DNA from: an uncultured Nitrospiraceae bacterium
GTDB lineage: Bacteria; Nitrospirota; Nitrospiria; Nitrospirales; Nitrospiraceae
Length of the DNA: 64,000 nt
Assembly: GCA_963706325.1 (NCBI GenBank)
Contig: CAVPLT010000007.1
Coordinates: 832,001-896,000 of the forward strand
Direction: 5' to 3'
The translations under genes and the position numbers were made by a program. Below the pieces are notes generated by a model that saw nothing but the letters and a program-made list of their open reading frames with translations, did no database searches and was not told the origin of the DNA. This document shows, in pieces, positions 50,393 to 60,631 of this stretch; positions within the stretch are counted from its first letter, which is position 1; each line of letters opens with the position of its first letter.

Positions 50393-50557
50393 TGGGTCTT
50401 CGTCGCTGTTGTTCGGCAAAAGAATGTCAGTGGTCTCTTGTCTCGGATGAGCAGCAGCGATCGTATCTCCTGTGGGGGGTGCTTTGTCGAGAAGGCGCCG
50501 GTCCACTTTCGGGCAAAGCGGACCGGCGGTCGATCACTTGTGGGGATATATGGCCGA

Positions 50558-51061
50558 TCAGCTCTGGGGTGGCAGGATGACCTTGTCGATGACGTGAATG
50601 ATTCCGTTCGAGGCCGGGGTATCAGCTTTCACGACGTTGGCGTCGTTGATCGTCACCTTGCCTCCTTTGGTCGTGACCTTCACCATTGCGCCGTTGACGG
50701 TCTTGGCTTGGTCCAGCTTAGTTACCTGCTCAGCTTTCACCGCACCCGGCACCACGTGGTAGGTGAGGATTGCCGTCAGCTTCGCTTTGTTCTCCGGCTT
50801 CAGCAGGTTCTCCACGGTGCCGGCCGGCAACTTGGCAAATGCCTCGTCCGTCGGTGCGAACACCGTGAATGGTCCGGGACCTTTCAGGGTAGCAACCAGA
50901 TCGGCCGCCTTGAGCGCCGCCGCCAGCGTCTTGAACTGGCCGGCACCGACGGCAGTGTCGACAATGTCCTGATTGCTGGCGCGTGCGAAAGTGCTGCCGA
51001 TCGCTAAACCTGCCACGGCCAGAACGACCACGGCCTTCGACGCAATACCTACTCTGCTCAT
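50558..51061 (-). CDS. Secreted fasciclin (FAS1) domain protein
   Basis: Signal peptide, [49 protein letters not shown]. Confidence 0.95.
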   Translation of the reverse strand: MSRVGIASKAVVVLAVAGLAIGSTFARASNQDIVDTAVGAGQFKTLAAALKAADLVATLKGPGPFTVFAPTDEAFAKLPAGTVENLLKPENKAKLTAILTYHVVPGAVKAEQVTKLDQAKTVNGAMVKVTTKGGKVTINDANVVKADTPASNGIIHVIDKVILPPQS

Positions 51062-51277
51062 CTTGTATCTCCTGTGACTTGACGCGTTTGACTATGGAGC
51101 CGGCTTGGCCGGCGTTCCGGTTTCGAGGACAGAGAAAGCTGTTTTGCCTCTCGCCCATTTGAATGATAGTAAAACTGATTTTCATCAAGGGCACATTTAC
51201 GTGATATGAAAAGTAGTTGTCTTGTAGAGAAAAATTCCCCGCTTATTTTGAACTGGGATAAATATGAGACCGGAACC

Positions 51278-51877
51278 ATGCTGTCGGAGACGCTGATCAC
51301 AAGCCTTGAGGGCTATGCCATCGGCCCGAAGATCCGCCGGCTGCGGCTGCGCAAAAAACTGGGGCTGGTCCAGCTAAGCGAGCACACCGGTCTCTCGCCG
51401 GCGATGCTGTCGAAAATTGAACGCGGGAATCTGTTTCCGACGCTGCCGACCTTGTTGCGAGTCGCTTTGGTGTTCGGCGTCGGGCTCGATCACTTTTTCA
51501 GGGAGGACAGCGACCGGCCGGTTCATGCCGTCGTGCGCAAGGCGGACCGCATTCGTCTTCCGGAGAAGGCGGGACGGACTTCGCCCGCTTACCGCTTCGA
51601 GTCGCTCGACTATCCCGTCAGGGACCGCAAGCTCAACGGCTATTACGTTGAGTTTGGAGACGAAGACGAGCAGTCGGAGCCGCACGAGCATCCCGGCGCG
51701 GAGATCATCTACGTTTTAAGTGGCGAGCTCGTGGTGAACCTGGAGGGAGAGGACTTCACGCTCCGCCAGGGCGATTCGATGTATTTCGATTGCGCTCATC
51801 CGCACAATTACCGCCGTAAAGGGGCGTTGCCATGCGCGGCCATTATCGTGGTGACGGCGGAATCAGCTTCAACGTGA
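51278..51877 (+). CDS. XRE-family HTH plus cupin transcriptional regulator
   Basis: IGPKIRRLR..GLSPAMLSKIERG..PTLPTL; HEHPGAEIIYVLSG..GDSMYFDCAHPHNY. Confidence 0.92.
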   Translation: MLSETLITSLEGYAIGPKIRRLRLRKKLGLVQLSEHTGLSPAMLSKIERGNLFPTLPTLLRVALVFGVGLDHFFREDSDRPVHAVVRKADRIRLPEKAGRTSPAYRFESLDYPVRDRKLNGYYVEFGDEDEQSEPHEHPGAEIIYVLSGELVVNLEGEDFTLRQGDSMYFDCAHPHNYRRKGALPCAAIIVVTAESAST

Positions 51878-52462
51878 CCGGGATCGCGAGACAATCCCCA
51901 GAGGAACAGGAACCATCCCCGCTCAAGCTCGCAAACGGAGCTTGGGGCGACCTCATGAATGTCTGAAGCAGTTGAAACCGGCGATGGCTTCACAACGAGC
52001 TTCAAGTTCATAATTGGGTCGGGTGCCAAACCAATATAGATGACCGAGCAAGATCGTCTCCGTCCGGCTGCGCTGCTGTCAACTTCTGTTTTCTACGCTC
52101 CAGTAGTTCCGCTTGTGAGCCGAAGCAGCCACGCACTCGCCCAATTAGTGCCGAGCGCTACCGTCGATAAGCGAACGCGAATTTGAACAGCTGCCGCCGG
52201 TCTTGGAAGATTGCTGGATATTTTGCGACGAGCGGCGTCAGACGGCAGCGTGATCGCTGTCCGTGGCGGTCCCGCATACTTTGTTTACCAAACGCTGCAA
52301 ATTGGTAGAAACCACGTCGCCTAACCTGGGCTCAAGAACTTTTACGCATGCTTTTCGAATGACAGCGGAAAGGCTGTTTCGCGACGGAATGTGATCTTCG
52401 TGCGCGGTCATTCCGCAAACGCTTATGCGGTATGGGGTTTTTTGCAGTTTAGCGGGGAGGAA

Positions 52463-53365
52463 ATGAAAGTGACGCAGCTCTACATTGTACGCCACTTGGT
52501 TACCGCTATTTGCAGTCTTGTCGGCGTAGCATTGCTGGCGATCGGCGCGAATGCAGCGCTGGATCTGCGCACCTCGGGAGCCACAAAGGTGGTGTCTACC
52601 CAGGAAACGGTCAGCGCTACCCAGCTCGCGAGCATCATCGGCAATAGCAATTACCCGGACGCCGCCGAACCACTAAATCAACCTATCAACGACGCAAGCG
52701 GTCTAGCATATGCAATGCGCCGTCATGGATTCGATGTCGATGTGGTGGAGGATGCCACCAAAGCAGATATGATTCGCGCGGTCGAACGGCTAAATTCCAG
52801 AATTAAGGCCGGATCTGTCGTGATGTTGTTTTTTGGCGGCTATGGGGTGCAGTCTTGTCACGAAACCTACCCGATCCCCATCGATGCGGTAATCTGGAAG
52901 AAGGTGGATGTACGCCATGAGGGTATGTCCATCGAAACGGTGCTCCACGCAATCAAGGAGCGGGGCGCTCGCGCCACGCTGGCCGTCCTCGACGCCTCTC
53001 GACGCAATCCCTATGAACGCCGTTTCCGCACCTACTCTCACGGTTGCGCCAGTCACCGCACCCAACAACTCGCTCATCATCTCGTCTAATACACCCGGCA
53101 AGGTCGCCGATGACACGAACGGCGAGCGCAGCGTGCTCGTTACTGAGTTGTGCTCAACGAGCTCAATGCGCCCGCTAGCGCTGAAGGCATCTTCCACAAG
53201 ACCCGTGTCGCCGTCTTTCGCGCCTCCAATGGTGCGCAGACGCCGTCCGTGTCCTCCTCACTTTCAGAGGACGTGCACTTCAGCCCTAGCAGTGATCCCG
53301 ATTTGACGACTTCGTCGCTCGCACCGACTTCCACCGAAAACGCTCCTCTTGTAGCGCAGAAATAA
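52463..53365 (+). pseudogene. Caspase-family (peptidase C14) homologue with substituted catalytic dyad; two frameshifts (~53050, ~53150)
   Basis: Signal/TM segment, IIGNSNYP..L.QPINDA, FFGGYG (His site), VLDASRRNP (Cys site), PGKVADD..S..VTEL, QTPSVSSSL. Confidence 0.8.
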
Positions 53366-54008
53366 ATCCGACCTTGCAGAGAGCGATTAATTTCGCTCAG
53401 CTCTCGCGAGGTGTCGCTCCTGGCTAAGAAATAAGGTTGGAATAGATCGTCCTGAAAACGAGCAAACGTCGGGCCGCGTCAGCTTAGCTTTGCGCACGCT
53501 CATCGTTTTTGAAGCCTTCGTAAAAGGCTCCGATCGGCTTTGAACTCGATTTCGTTGTTGCATGAGAATGCCACGACCTTCGCTCACACGTCCAGCTCCT
53601 GGCCCCCAATCCGGTGTGCTGCGAACTCCCAGGCAGGAGCTGCGGTCTCCGTGTCGGCCCTTGCTGGCTCCCCTACGGCTCCCCCGACCGTGCATGATCA
53701 ATCAATGCAAGCAGCTTGAGGCGGATTGTTGCTTCGACCCTAACCTTCACAGGGTTGAGCTCTCTTAGCGAGACATGTTTGTTGTCCCGCCCGGAGGCAA
53801 TGACGGCGATCCTGCGCCGAGGCTCTCCGCGCCTACATCGTCCCATTCCGGTCATGGCTCCTTCCTGTTAGGCAAACGTCCCAGTCGCATTCGGCCGCCA
53901 AGTGGTATTCCACTTTTGAAACCAAGGTTGCTGCTGCGACGTTATTCTTGGAAAATGTGGTATTCCTGCAAAACAGGAAGCGCTTTTGATCTCCGACTGG
54001 CAGCGGAA

Positions 54009-55443
54009 ATGTCCTCGTCCGATGGTACAAGTGAAACCAGTGACGCAGCCCGCCGACGGCGGAGAAGGAGCAACACCTTACTGCTGGTCTTGGCGGTTGG
54101 ATTTCTTATTTTTGGCGCCGCAGCGGGCGCACTGTATTATGCGTTGCAGCCGGTAACTCTCCGGATTGCCGTCGGACCGCCGGGAAGCGACGATCACAAA
54201 GTGATTCAGGCGACGGCCGAGGCCTTCGCCAGCGAAAGCAGGACAGTCAGGCTGTCTCTGATCACGACCGACGGCGCGGTCGAAGCCCTCGCCCTGCTTG
54301 GTGCTGGCAAGGCCGATCTTGCGGTCGGTCGTGGCGATCTGGAGATGCCGGCCGACGCGCAGACCGTCGCCATCGTGCGTAAGAACTTCGTTGTGCTGTG
54401 GGCGCCTTCCGGACTTGCGGACAAGAGCTCCAAAAGAAAGCCCGCGCCGAAAATCCAGGAGATCGCCGATCTCGCAGGGCACAGGGTCGGCGTGATTGGC
54501 CTGACGCCAGCGAACGTCGCGTTGCTGCGGGTCATTCTGAGCGCCTCCGGCGTGGAGGCGGACAAGGTCGCGGAAACGCAATTTGGCACGGACCAAATCG
54601 AGGAGCTGGCGCGCGACCCGACTCTCGATGCATTCATGGCGGTCGGTCCGCTCGATAGCAAAATCACCTCCGACGCCATCGCCGCGACGGCCCGGTCGCG
54701 AGGCGAGCCGAAGTTTCTCGCGATCGAGGCATCGGAAGCCATCGCCCTGAAGCACCCGCGTTATGAATCCGAGGAAATTCCACCCAGCATCTTCAATGCG
54801 AATCCGGCCTGGCCGGATGACAAGGTCGAGACCGTCAACGTCAGCCACCTGATCATGGCGCGAAAGGCTTTGTCTGAAACGACGGCTGCGGCATTTTTCC
54901 GGCAGCTATTCGCCGTCCGTCAGGCGATTGCCAGGCAAGTGCCTGGCGCTGCGCACATCACCAAGCCGGACACCGAGAAAGACGCCGAGCTGCCGGTGCA
55001 TCGGGGAGCGGCAGCTGTCATCGATGGCACCGAACGCACCTTCCTCGACAGGTACGGCGATTACTTCTGGTTTTCGCTCCTTCTTCTCTCCGGGATCGGT
55101 TCGGCCGGCGCCTGGTTGCGTCACTATTTGAATCGGGATGAAAGGGGCGAAAACACCAGCCATCGCAACAGAATCCTGGCCATGGTTTCCAGCGCACGCA
55201 CCGCGGAATCCAACCAGGAACTGCTGGCGATGCAGCGCGAGGTCGACGCCATCATAAGTGAAACGCTCGAATGTTACGATGACGGCGCCATCGAGGAAGA
55301 GGAACTGGCGGCCTTTGGTCTGGTGCTCGAACTGTTCAATCACGCCATCGTCGAGAGGCGCGCGGCGTTGCAAGCGGAGCACACTCGAACCGGCTCGCGT
55401 GCGCGGCGGGCGGCCACAACCTCACGTCTCCACGATAACATAG
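54009..55443 (+). CDS. TAXI-type solute-binding protein with N- and C-terminal TM helices (3' end uncertain; ORF track runs to 55559)
   Basis: TM helix then TLRIAVGPPGSDD, KADLAVGRGD, IADLAGHRVG, LPVHRGAAAVIDG, FLDRYGDYFW + TM, helical tail. Confidence 0.8.
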
Positions 55444-55751
55444 TCGTGCCAAAGTCATGGCTAATGGCGGAAGTTGGCTCTGACGGGGATGTGGGCGGAG
55501 GCGCTATTCCGATGGAGCTGAGACTCAGCTTCACCAAGATACAGAGACGGCGCTGCTAGCAGCAGTGCACCACATGCGTGGAATCGGCCCGCTGGGAATG
55601 GCGCTAGCGACCCCTTCTGCCCGGACCCCTTCTCGTCACTGGCACGACTCACATGAATGTCGGTCAGCTGCTTGCATCCTTGAGAAATCTCAACCATCGT
55701 CACGTTATGAATAGTGACGTCAGTCCATCAGGCCTATCGCTCAAATCCACT

Positions 55752-56250
55752 TCAAGAGCCCAAAGCAGTTGATATTTCAGTAAGCGTCGCCTTTTCGGCG
55801 TCACTTACTTGAACGCCACCGATTCCGAACAGACCACCGCCCTCACTGGCCGCTTCAGCGGTGCTCTGACTGATCTGGCGAAGCCAAGCTTTAAACGCAG
55901 CTGCATCGTCTGGAGCTTTTGCATCGAGCAGCGCAGAAACCTGTCGTAACGCGTCGATGGCTTTGAGCTTGAGGTCTGATGGCTGACTAGCCGCAAACTT
56001 TGCTTTTGAGACCGTCTCGCGCGGCGCTACGTCCCTCGCTGCTAGAAAAATCGGTGACTACGGCCTTTACCAAAGCGTTTGTGTTGGCGCCGGTTATCGC
56101 CTGGGTGAGCGCAGTGCCTCCGGCGAACGATTCCTTGAGAAGCCCCCAAAGGCCGCTCGGATCAGCAGCCGTGACGGCCATCCCAGCTATCATCGGGCTC
56201 TCCAGCAGCAACGTCCATTCTTCCTTGGTGAAATTCGTCTTGTCAGCCAT
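55752..56250 (-). CDS. Conserved hypothetical protein (frameshift near 56000)
   Basis: GGAGG RBS; MADKTNFTKEEWTLLLESP..ADPSGLWGLLKE continues in another frame as ..AAAFKAWLRQISQSTAEAASEGGGLFGIGGVQVSDAEKATL..LGS*. Confidence 0.7.
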
Positions 56251-56729
56251 TGCTTCCTCCGTATGCTAGGGAAGAGTAACTCCCGTGCCGTCAGGAAGTC
56301 CCGGTCTTTGATCAGCAAAGACATGACGCAACGCACAACAACCCAACTGGTACGGCGGATCAGGGGATCCGCGACGGGCACCTCCGTTCTCCGGGCGATG
56401 CGATTGAGTGTCGAAGAAATTGGTTTGGAGGCTACTATAAGACCAGGAGCCACCGCTTGATCAAAATAGGGCGCCACCTAGCGTAGTCAGCCTTCAGGAG
56501 GAGGGCGGTATGACTGGGAACCGTCCCGTTATAAAACAGTTTCCTTTCTAGTGTTCTGTATCGCCATAGGACATCCGCTTGAGATGAGCGGAGACCCGGT
56601 CGTAGTAACCGTAGCTGCGGCCGTAACCGCGATCATACCCGCGATCATAAGCGTCCCACCGGCATGCATCTTGACGGCAGCCGCTCAGGTGTTGAGCCGC
56701 CGGGCGCGGCGGGGCTGAACGTCTTGAAG

Positions 56730-57200
56730 TCATCGTCTTGTGAGTGCAGCCATTTCTGTCGACTGCTTCCCCAACATGTCGGCCCGCCTTTTTGTAAATT
56801 CTACAATCACGTCGACAAATTGGAATGGCGACCTGATCGTCGCAAGCTTCTGGCTGAAGTCCAAAGCAAATCGCATGTTGGCTTGTGTCATTTCCAGAAG
56901 CTTCGCTTGATAAGCCACCATGTTTCCCGTCGCTGAAGCAAAATCAAACCCTCGCATCTGGCTGGGGCCGACTTGCACCGGATTCGCAGCGATGGGAGCC
57001 TCTTGTTTCTCGACGTTGGGAGCTTCTTCTTTTGGATCGTCATGAAGCTCAAGTGGCGACTCAATCGGCCCAGCGGCAACAGAGCGCAATAGATTGTCTC
57101 TCGCGCTTTTAACGACGGTCTGCTTCTTCCCATGGGCCCGCGTGGCTATGGCGGGGCTGCGGGCGCGCTTTGACGACTTGGCTGGTTTACGCTTACTCAT
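56730..57200 (-). CDS. Phasin-like protein with basic N-terminal extension
   Basis: YQAKLLEMTQANMRFALDFSQKLATIRSPFQFVDVIVEFTKRR is a phasin-type helix set. Confidence 0.7.
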   Translation of the reverse strand: MSKRKPAKSSKRARSPAIATRAHGKKQTVVKSARDNLLRSVAAGPIESPLELHDDPKEEAPNVEKQEAPIAANPVQVGPSQMRGFDFASATGNMVAYQAKLLEMTQANMRFALDFSQKLATIRSPFQFVDVIVEFTKRRADMLGKQSTEMAALTRR

Positions 57201-57234
57201 CTGAGGCTCCAAAGGTCGTAGATCTTTGAAAGAC

Positions 57235-57259
57235 AACAGGCCTCGTGATCTAGCGTTCC
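57235..57259 (-). promoter_or_regulatory. Candidate sigma-EcfG-type promoter for the phasin gene
   Basis: Minus strand GGAAC-N16-TGTT, about 35 bp before the ATG. Confidence 0.55.
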
Positions 57260-57399
57260 AAACGCGAGATTATGGGAGCCGCAAGGAAAGCCTTTGCGCA
57301 CGATGCGGGTTTTCCTCCAGCGGTTGGGGCACCTTTCGGCTGAAACCCTTAATGGCACCGCGGTTGGTGGTATTGGACGGTGGTTTGGTTGGCTTGGGG

Positions 57400-57598
57400 T
57401 CGAAGCTCTAACTAAGATCGGGCTTAAAGCCCGCAGGCATCGCGGGCAGCCGTCCGGATCAGTGGCATCGACCTTGTTGCAGGCCGGGCAAGGTGCGCCA
57501 GCGCCGCCGCAACCGCAGGCCCTTTCACCCAAGAACGGCCGATCCAAATGGTTTTCGCAGACCCACCGCGTGTTGTCGCACCTCGGGCAGTACCGCAT
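57400..57598 (-). CDS. Small Cys-rich (zinc-finger-like) protein, 3' end uncertain
   Basis: MRYCPRCDNTRWVCENH...ACGCGGAGAPCPACN; GGAGG upstream. Confidence 0.55.
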
Positions 57599-57621
57599 CG
57601 CCTCGCGCCCTCCAGCAAACC

Positions 57622-57646
57622 AATGTCGGTGCAGTCAATGCGTTCC
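57622..57646 (-). promoter_or_regulatory. Candidate sigma-EcfG-type promoter
   Basis: Minus strand GGAAC-N16-CATT directly upstream of the RBS and ATG of the Cys-rich ORF. Confidence 0.55.
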
Positions 57647-57806
57647 GGGTCTTGCTACCGACCTAGCGCGGTTAACTTTTGTTGTAGCGAAAGACGGCTA
57701 TCGGGTGCTGTGATTTCCGGGGTAGCTCTTTGTGGGTGAAGGGCTGGCCTCCAGGGGCCTCAGCTTCCACGTCCCGGAGCTGGGGCTCTTGGTGCTGGGC
57801 GTGTGC

Positions 57807-58028
57807 TCAATTTACGCCGCGCGTTCCCTGTCTGACCGTTCCTCGACGGGTTTCATCCAGCGCCTTTTCATAGTTGTCCGCGAACCTCTCAATGCTGTGG
57901 GCCCACATCCCCAGCATTGAGACCTGAAAGAGCATGAGCGGCTTCAAGGCATTCATGCTGCTTGCGGCCGCGCCGGTGATGCGCGGGTCGCGCGCGAAAT
58001 GGTCTGCGTCAGCGGTCTTGTCTGCCAT
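57807..58028 (-). CDS. Small hypothetical protein
   Basis: AAGGAG RBS; helical LKPLMLFQVSMLGMWAHSIERFADNYEK. Confidence 0.55.
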   Translation of the reverse strand: MADKTADADHFARDPRITGAAASSMNALKPLMLFQVSMLGMWAHSIERFADNYEKALDETRRGTVRQGTRGVN

Positions 58029-58347
58029 GCTGTTCGCTCCTTCGCACTGGTGTTATGGCCGAAACCTGAGTGTCGGGTTGTGCACTGCCGGATTTTAAGC
58101 ATTGACCCAAAGCTTGATCTGCTGCGGCTCTCGCAGCTCGGTCGTCATGCAACTTGTCCAGGTTTCTCAAGTAAGCGACTGCAGCTATTTGCAAGAGAGC
58201 GAAATCGTATTCGCCGGTACCACGAAGATGGGTGACGTAGCGATGGAGGGCGGAACGCCTGTTATCGTCCTCGCTGACACTGCTGTGGCGCAGCAAGTAG
58301 TTCCGCCAAGCGAATGCACACGCGCCCTCTATGGCCGGAGAAGTCAT
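58009..58347 (-). CDS. Small hypothetical protein
   Basis: GGAGGT RBS; AFAWRNYLL..DNRRSALHRYV..LQIAAVAYL. Confidence 0.55.
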   Translation of the reverse strand: MTSPAIEGACAFAWRNYLLRHSSVSEDDNRRSALHRYVTHLRGTGEYDFALLQIAAVAYLRNLDKLHDDRAARAAADQALGQCLKSGSAQPDTQVSAITPVRRSEQHGRQDR

Positions 58348-58605
58348 GGCACCTCCCGATTTTTTTAAGAAAGAATGACCAGCCGTTTCGTTCCGCGACT
58401 TTGTCAGGTGTAATGTTGTTCCGTCAGCTGCACTGCAAGGTGTTTGCGCGCGAGCAATGTGGTTGCTGCAGTCGGCGAGGTCAGCGCTGCTCCGAGCTAA
58501 CTTTTACGAATGTTCCGCACTTGCCGAAATCGTCCTGCACCGAAGGTAGGCGCGAGGCGGATCTCTAAGCGAGTGACGACGTCCACAACGATGCGGGGCG
58601 CGGAC

Positions 58606-58809
58606 CTACTGTTCGGGCGCTTCTGCGGCAGGCAATTGTGCGCTGCCCTGCCACTCTGCATAACGCTCGCCTAACTTGTCGTACTCCTCAGCGACCCGCA
58701 GCAGTCGGCACATTTCTCGCGGGGCGGCATAGCGCAATTGCTTCGCTTTCGCGCGGGTCGCCTTTGCGCGGTCACGCCAGTACTTCGGCTGTTTGACTGG
58801 ATCATGCAT
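58606..58809 (-). CDS. Small hypothetical protein
   Basis: PKYWRDRAKATRAKA...LLRVAEEYDKL, a pattern recalled from small rhizobial ORFs. Confidence 0.55.
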   Translation of the reverse strand: MHDPVKQPKYWRDRAKATRAKAKQLRYAAPREMCRLLRVAEEYDKLGERYAEWQGSAQLPAAEAPEQ

Positions 58810-59276
58810 GCAGCCGGTAGAGCAAACGTCACACCCATCGTCCCAAACATTTGTGAAGAGAAGCTGGTCATGCCCACTCACGAATTATTTATAAGTAGAA
58901 GGAATTCGGTGTTTAGGAACATCCGCATTCGCGAAGCATAGTCGCGGCGGCTGCCGATCCTCCGTCGGACCGCCCCTTCCGCTGCCGGCCGTGACATTCT
59001 CCAAGCTCACGCGGCCGGCGCGGATTGATGTCGCGATCACATTTTTGGAACAATTTTATTTGCGAGGCCCGCAACACGATTGATGTCGGCCAATCGGCGA
59101 TCCGCGTTCGCTCGAACATCGAGACGGGCTAAGAGATCGCAGGCGCTGATGGGCGGGGTCGGCGACCCCGACCGGTAAGGGTTGGCCTTGCGGCCATAGG
59201 CGTCGGCATGGAGCGCGAAATTGCCGCCGCCGCAGGCCGGGCACAGGAACTGACGGCGCCAAGCCCGGCGACATAA

Positions 59277-59488
59277 GGTGAGCTGCTGACCGATCTGGAA
59301 GGGGCGCACCTAAGGGACGCTTCAGAAGCTAGGCAGATGGCACTACGTTCTGCACCGGAGATTTTGGCGACGCTATTCGGGGCGGCAAGAAAAGGATACC
59401 TGAGGCGATCGTGATTGCGGACGAGCAGGGGCGCGAGATTGAGACCGTTCGCTTTGCCGTCGTTTTGCCAGGGCCGCTGAAGGAGTAA
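59277..59488 (+). pseudogene. Remnant of a DUF6894-like small protein
   Basis: TDLEGAHLRDASEARQMALRSAPEILA, frameshift, then EAIVIADEQGREIETVRF..*; 5' end missing. Confidence 0.5.
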
Positions 59489-59693
59489 GGCCGCCTCAAT
59501 TCGCGGATATCGGTCCCGCACCTCTTCAAGAGGGCAAGTAAATCCGCCGAACTGTCGGGTATCCGACTCGCAGCGTATAATTAACTGGCTATTGCCTCTC
59601 TTTGCGCCCACCGTAGTCTATCACCGAATTCGCCCTCAGGTATCGGTGACAGAGAGAGTTGAAGCTCCCGCCTGACTTTGTGCGGGAGCTGAT

Positions 59694-60404
59694 GTGACCG
59701 CTGAAAATCACCTTTTGAGTTTGCTCAACTCTTCGACGCTATCCCTATTGAAACCTCACATGAGGACAATCACCTCCGAGCATGGTGAGATGCTTCACGG
59801 CTCCTCTTCGGACATCGAATTCGCCTACTTTCCGCAATCCACCATCATCTCGGTCCTCGCACAGACCGAACAGGGCCACACCGCCGAGACTTCCATCGTC
59901 GGTCGGGAGGGAATGATCGGTTCGTCTTCTATCCACGGCATTATGACTTCATTTGCCGAGTGCGTCGTTCAAGTCGGAGGCGAAACTGTGCGCGTCCCGG
60001 CGTCGGAAATCCACCGCGTCGGGAAAACCAGCGAAAATTTCCGAAAGATCATTGCGCTGTTCGATTTGTCCCTGCTCGCACAAGCGCAGCAATCGACTGC
60101 CTGCCAGGCGCTGCATCACGTTGAGAGTCGGGCAGCAAGATGGCTTCTCCAGTGCAGTAAACGGTTGGGAAGCAATGACATCCGGCTGACGCAGGAATTT
60201 TTCGCACAGATGCTTGGCGTCCAGCGAACCACTGTCAATCTGGTCGAGCGCACCTTCCAAAGTGCCGGCCTTATTCAAATCGGCAGGGGCCGCATGTCCA
60301 TTCTGGACATCGAAGGCCTCCATGCAGTCACCTGCGATTGTTACGATCGGATTGAGCGGCGCTATGATGAACTTCTCGGTCCCCTCCAGCCAAATTCTCT
60401 TTGA
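59694..60404 (+). CDS. Crp/Fnr-family transcriptional regulator
   Basis: YFP..IISV..ETSIVGREG, HHVESRAARWLL, LTQEFFAQMLGVQRTTV HTH, CDCY. Confidence 0.92.
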   Translation: MTAENHLLSLLNSSTLSLLKPHMRTITSEHGEMLHGSSSDIEFAYFPQSTIISVLAQTEQGHTAETSIVGREGMIGSSSIHGIMTSFAECVVQVGGETVRVPASEIHRVGKTSENFRKIIALFDLSLLAQAQQSTACQALHHVESRAARWLLQCSKRLGSNDIRLTQEFFAQMLGVQRTTVNLVERTFQSAGLIQIGRGRMSILDIEGLHAVTCDCYDRIERRYDELLGPLQPNSL

Positions 60405-60631
60405 TCTATTGGTCGGAAATGGCCACGCACAAATCACGACGTGCTCGTTGCCGTTGTCCGCGTACCAACGTCTGCTGTCTGGGCTAGAACGGACATGCCG
60501 CGTCGGCCGAGGTCCGACAATGGCATCACCGGGTAAGCCAGATGAGGGAAAACGGGACTGAATTGTGCTAAGATTGACTTCAGACAATCGCACATTCAGG
60601 ATGACGCAGGACCACAGGGATCGTTCGCCTT

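Noticed and set aside
53590..53690. Possible structured ncRNA (CAGCTCCTG/CAGGAGCTG stem, GGCTCCCC twice)
   Set aside because: A single stem in GC-rich DNA with no family recognised; needs an Rfam or covariation search.
53775..54008. N-terminal extension of the TAXI ORF given by the ORF track
   Set aside because: Non-protein-like sequence; ATG 54009 directly precedes the basic stretch and TM helix.
56518..56542. Additional GGAAC-N16-AGTT promoter on the + strand
   Set aside because: No credible + strand gene downstream.
56549..56690. YDRG-repeat ORF (AYDRGYDRGYGRSYGYYDR)
   Set aside because: Short low-complexity fragment without a convincing start; probably a gene remnant.
59020..59095. FixK/Fnr or Crp boxes (TTGATGTCGCGATCAC, TTGATGTCGGCCAA)
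   Set aside because: Spacing or half-sites deviate from consensus and no intact gene follows.
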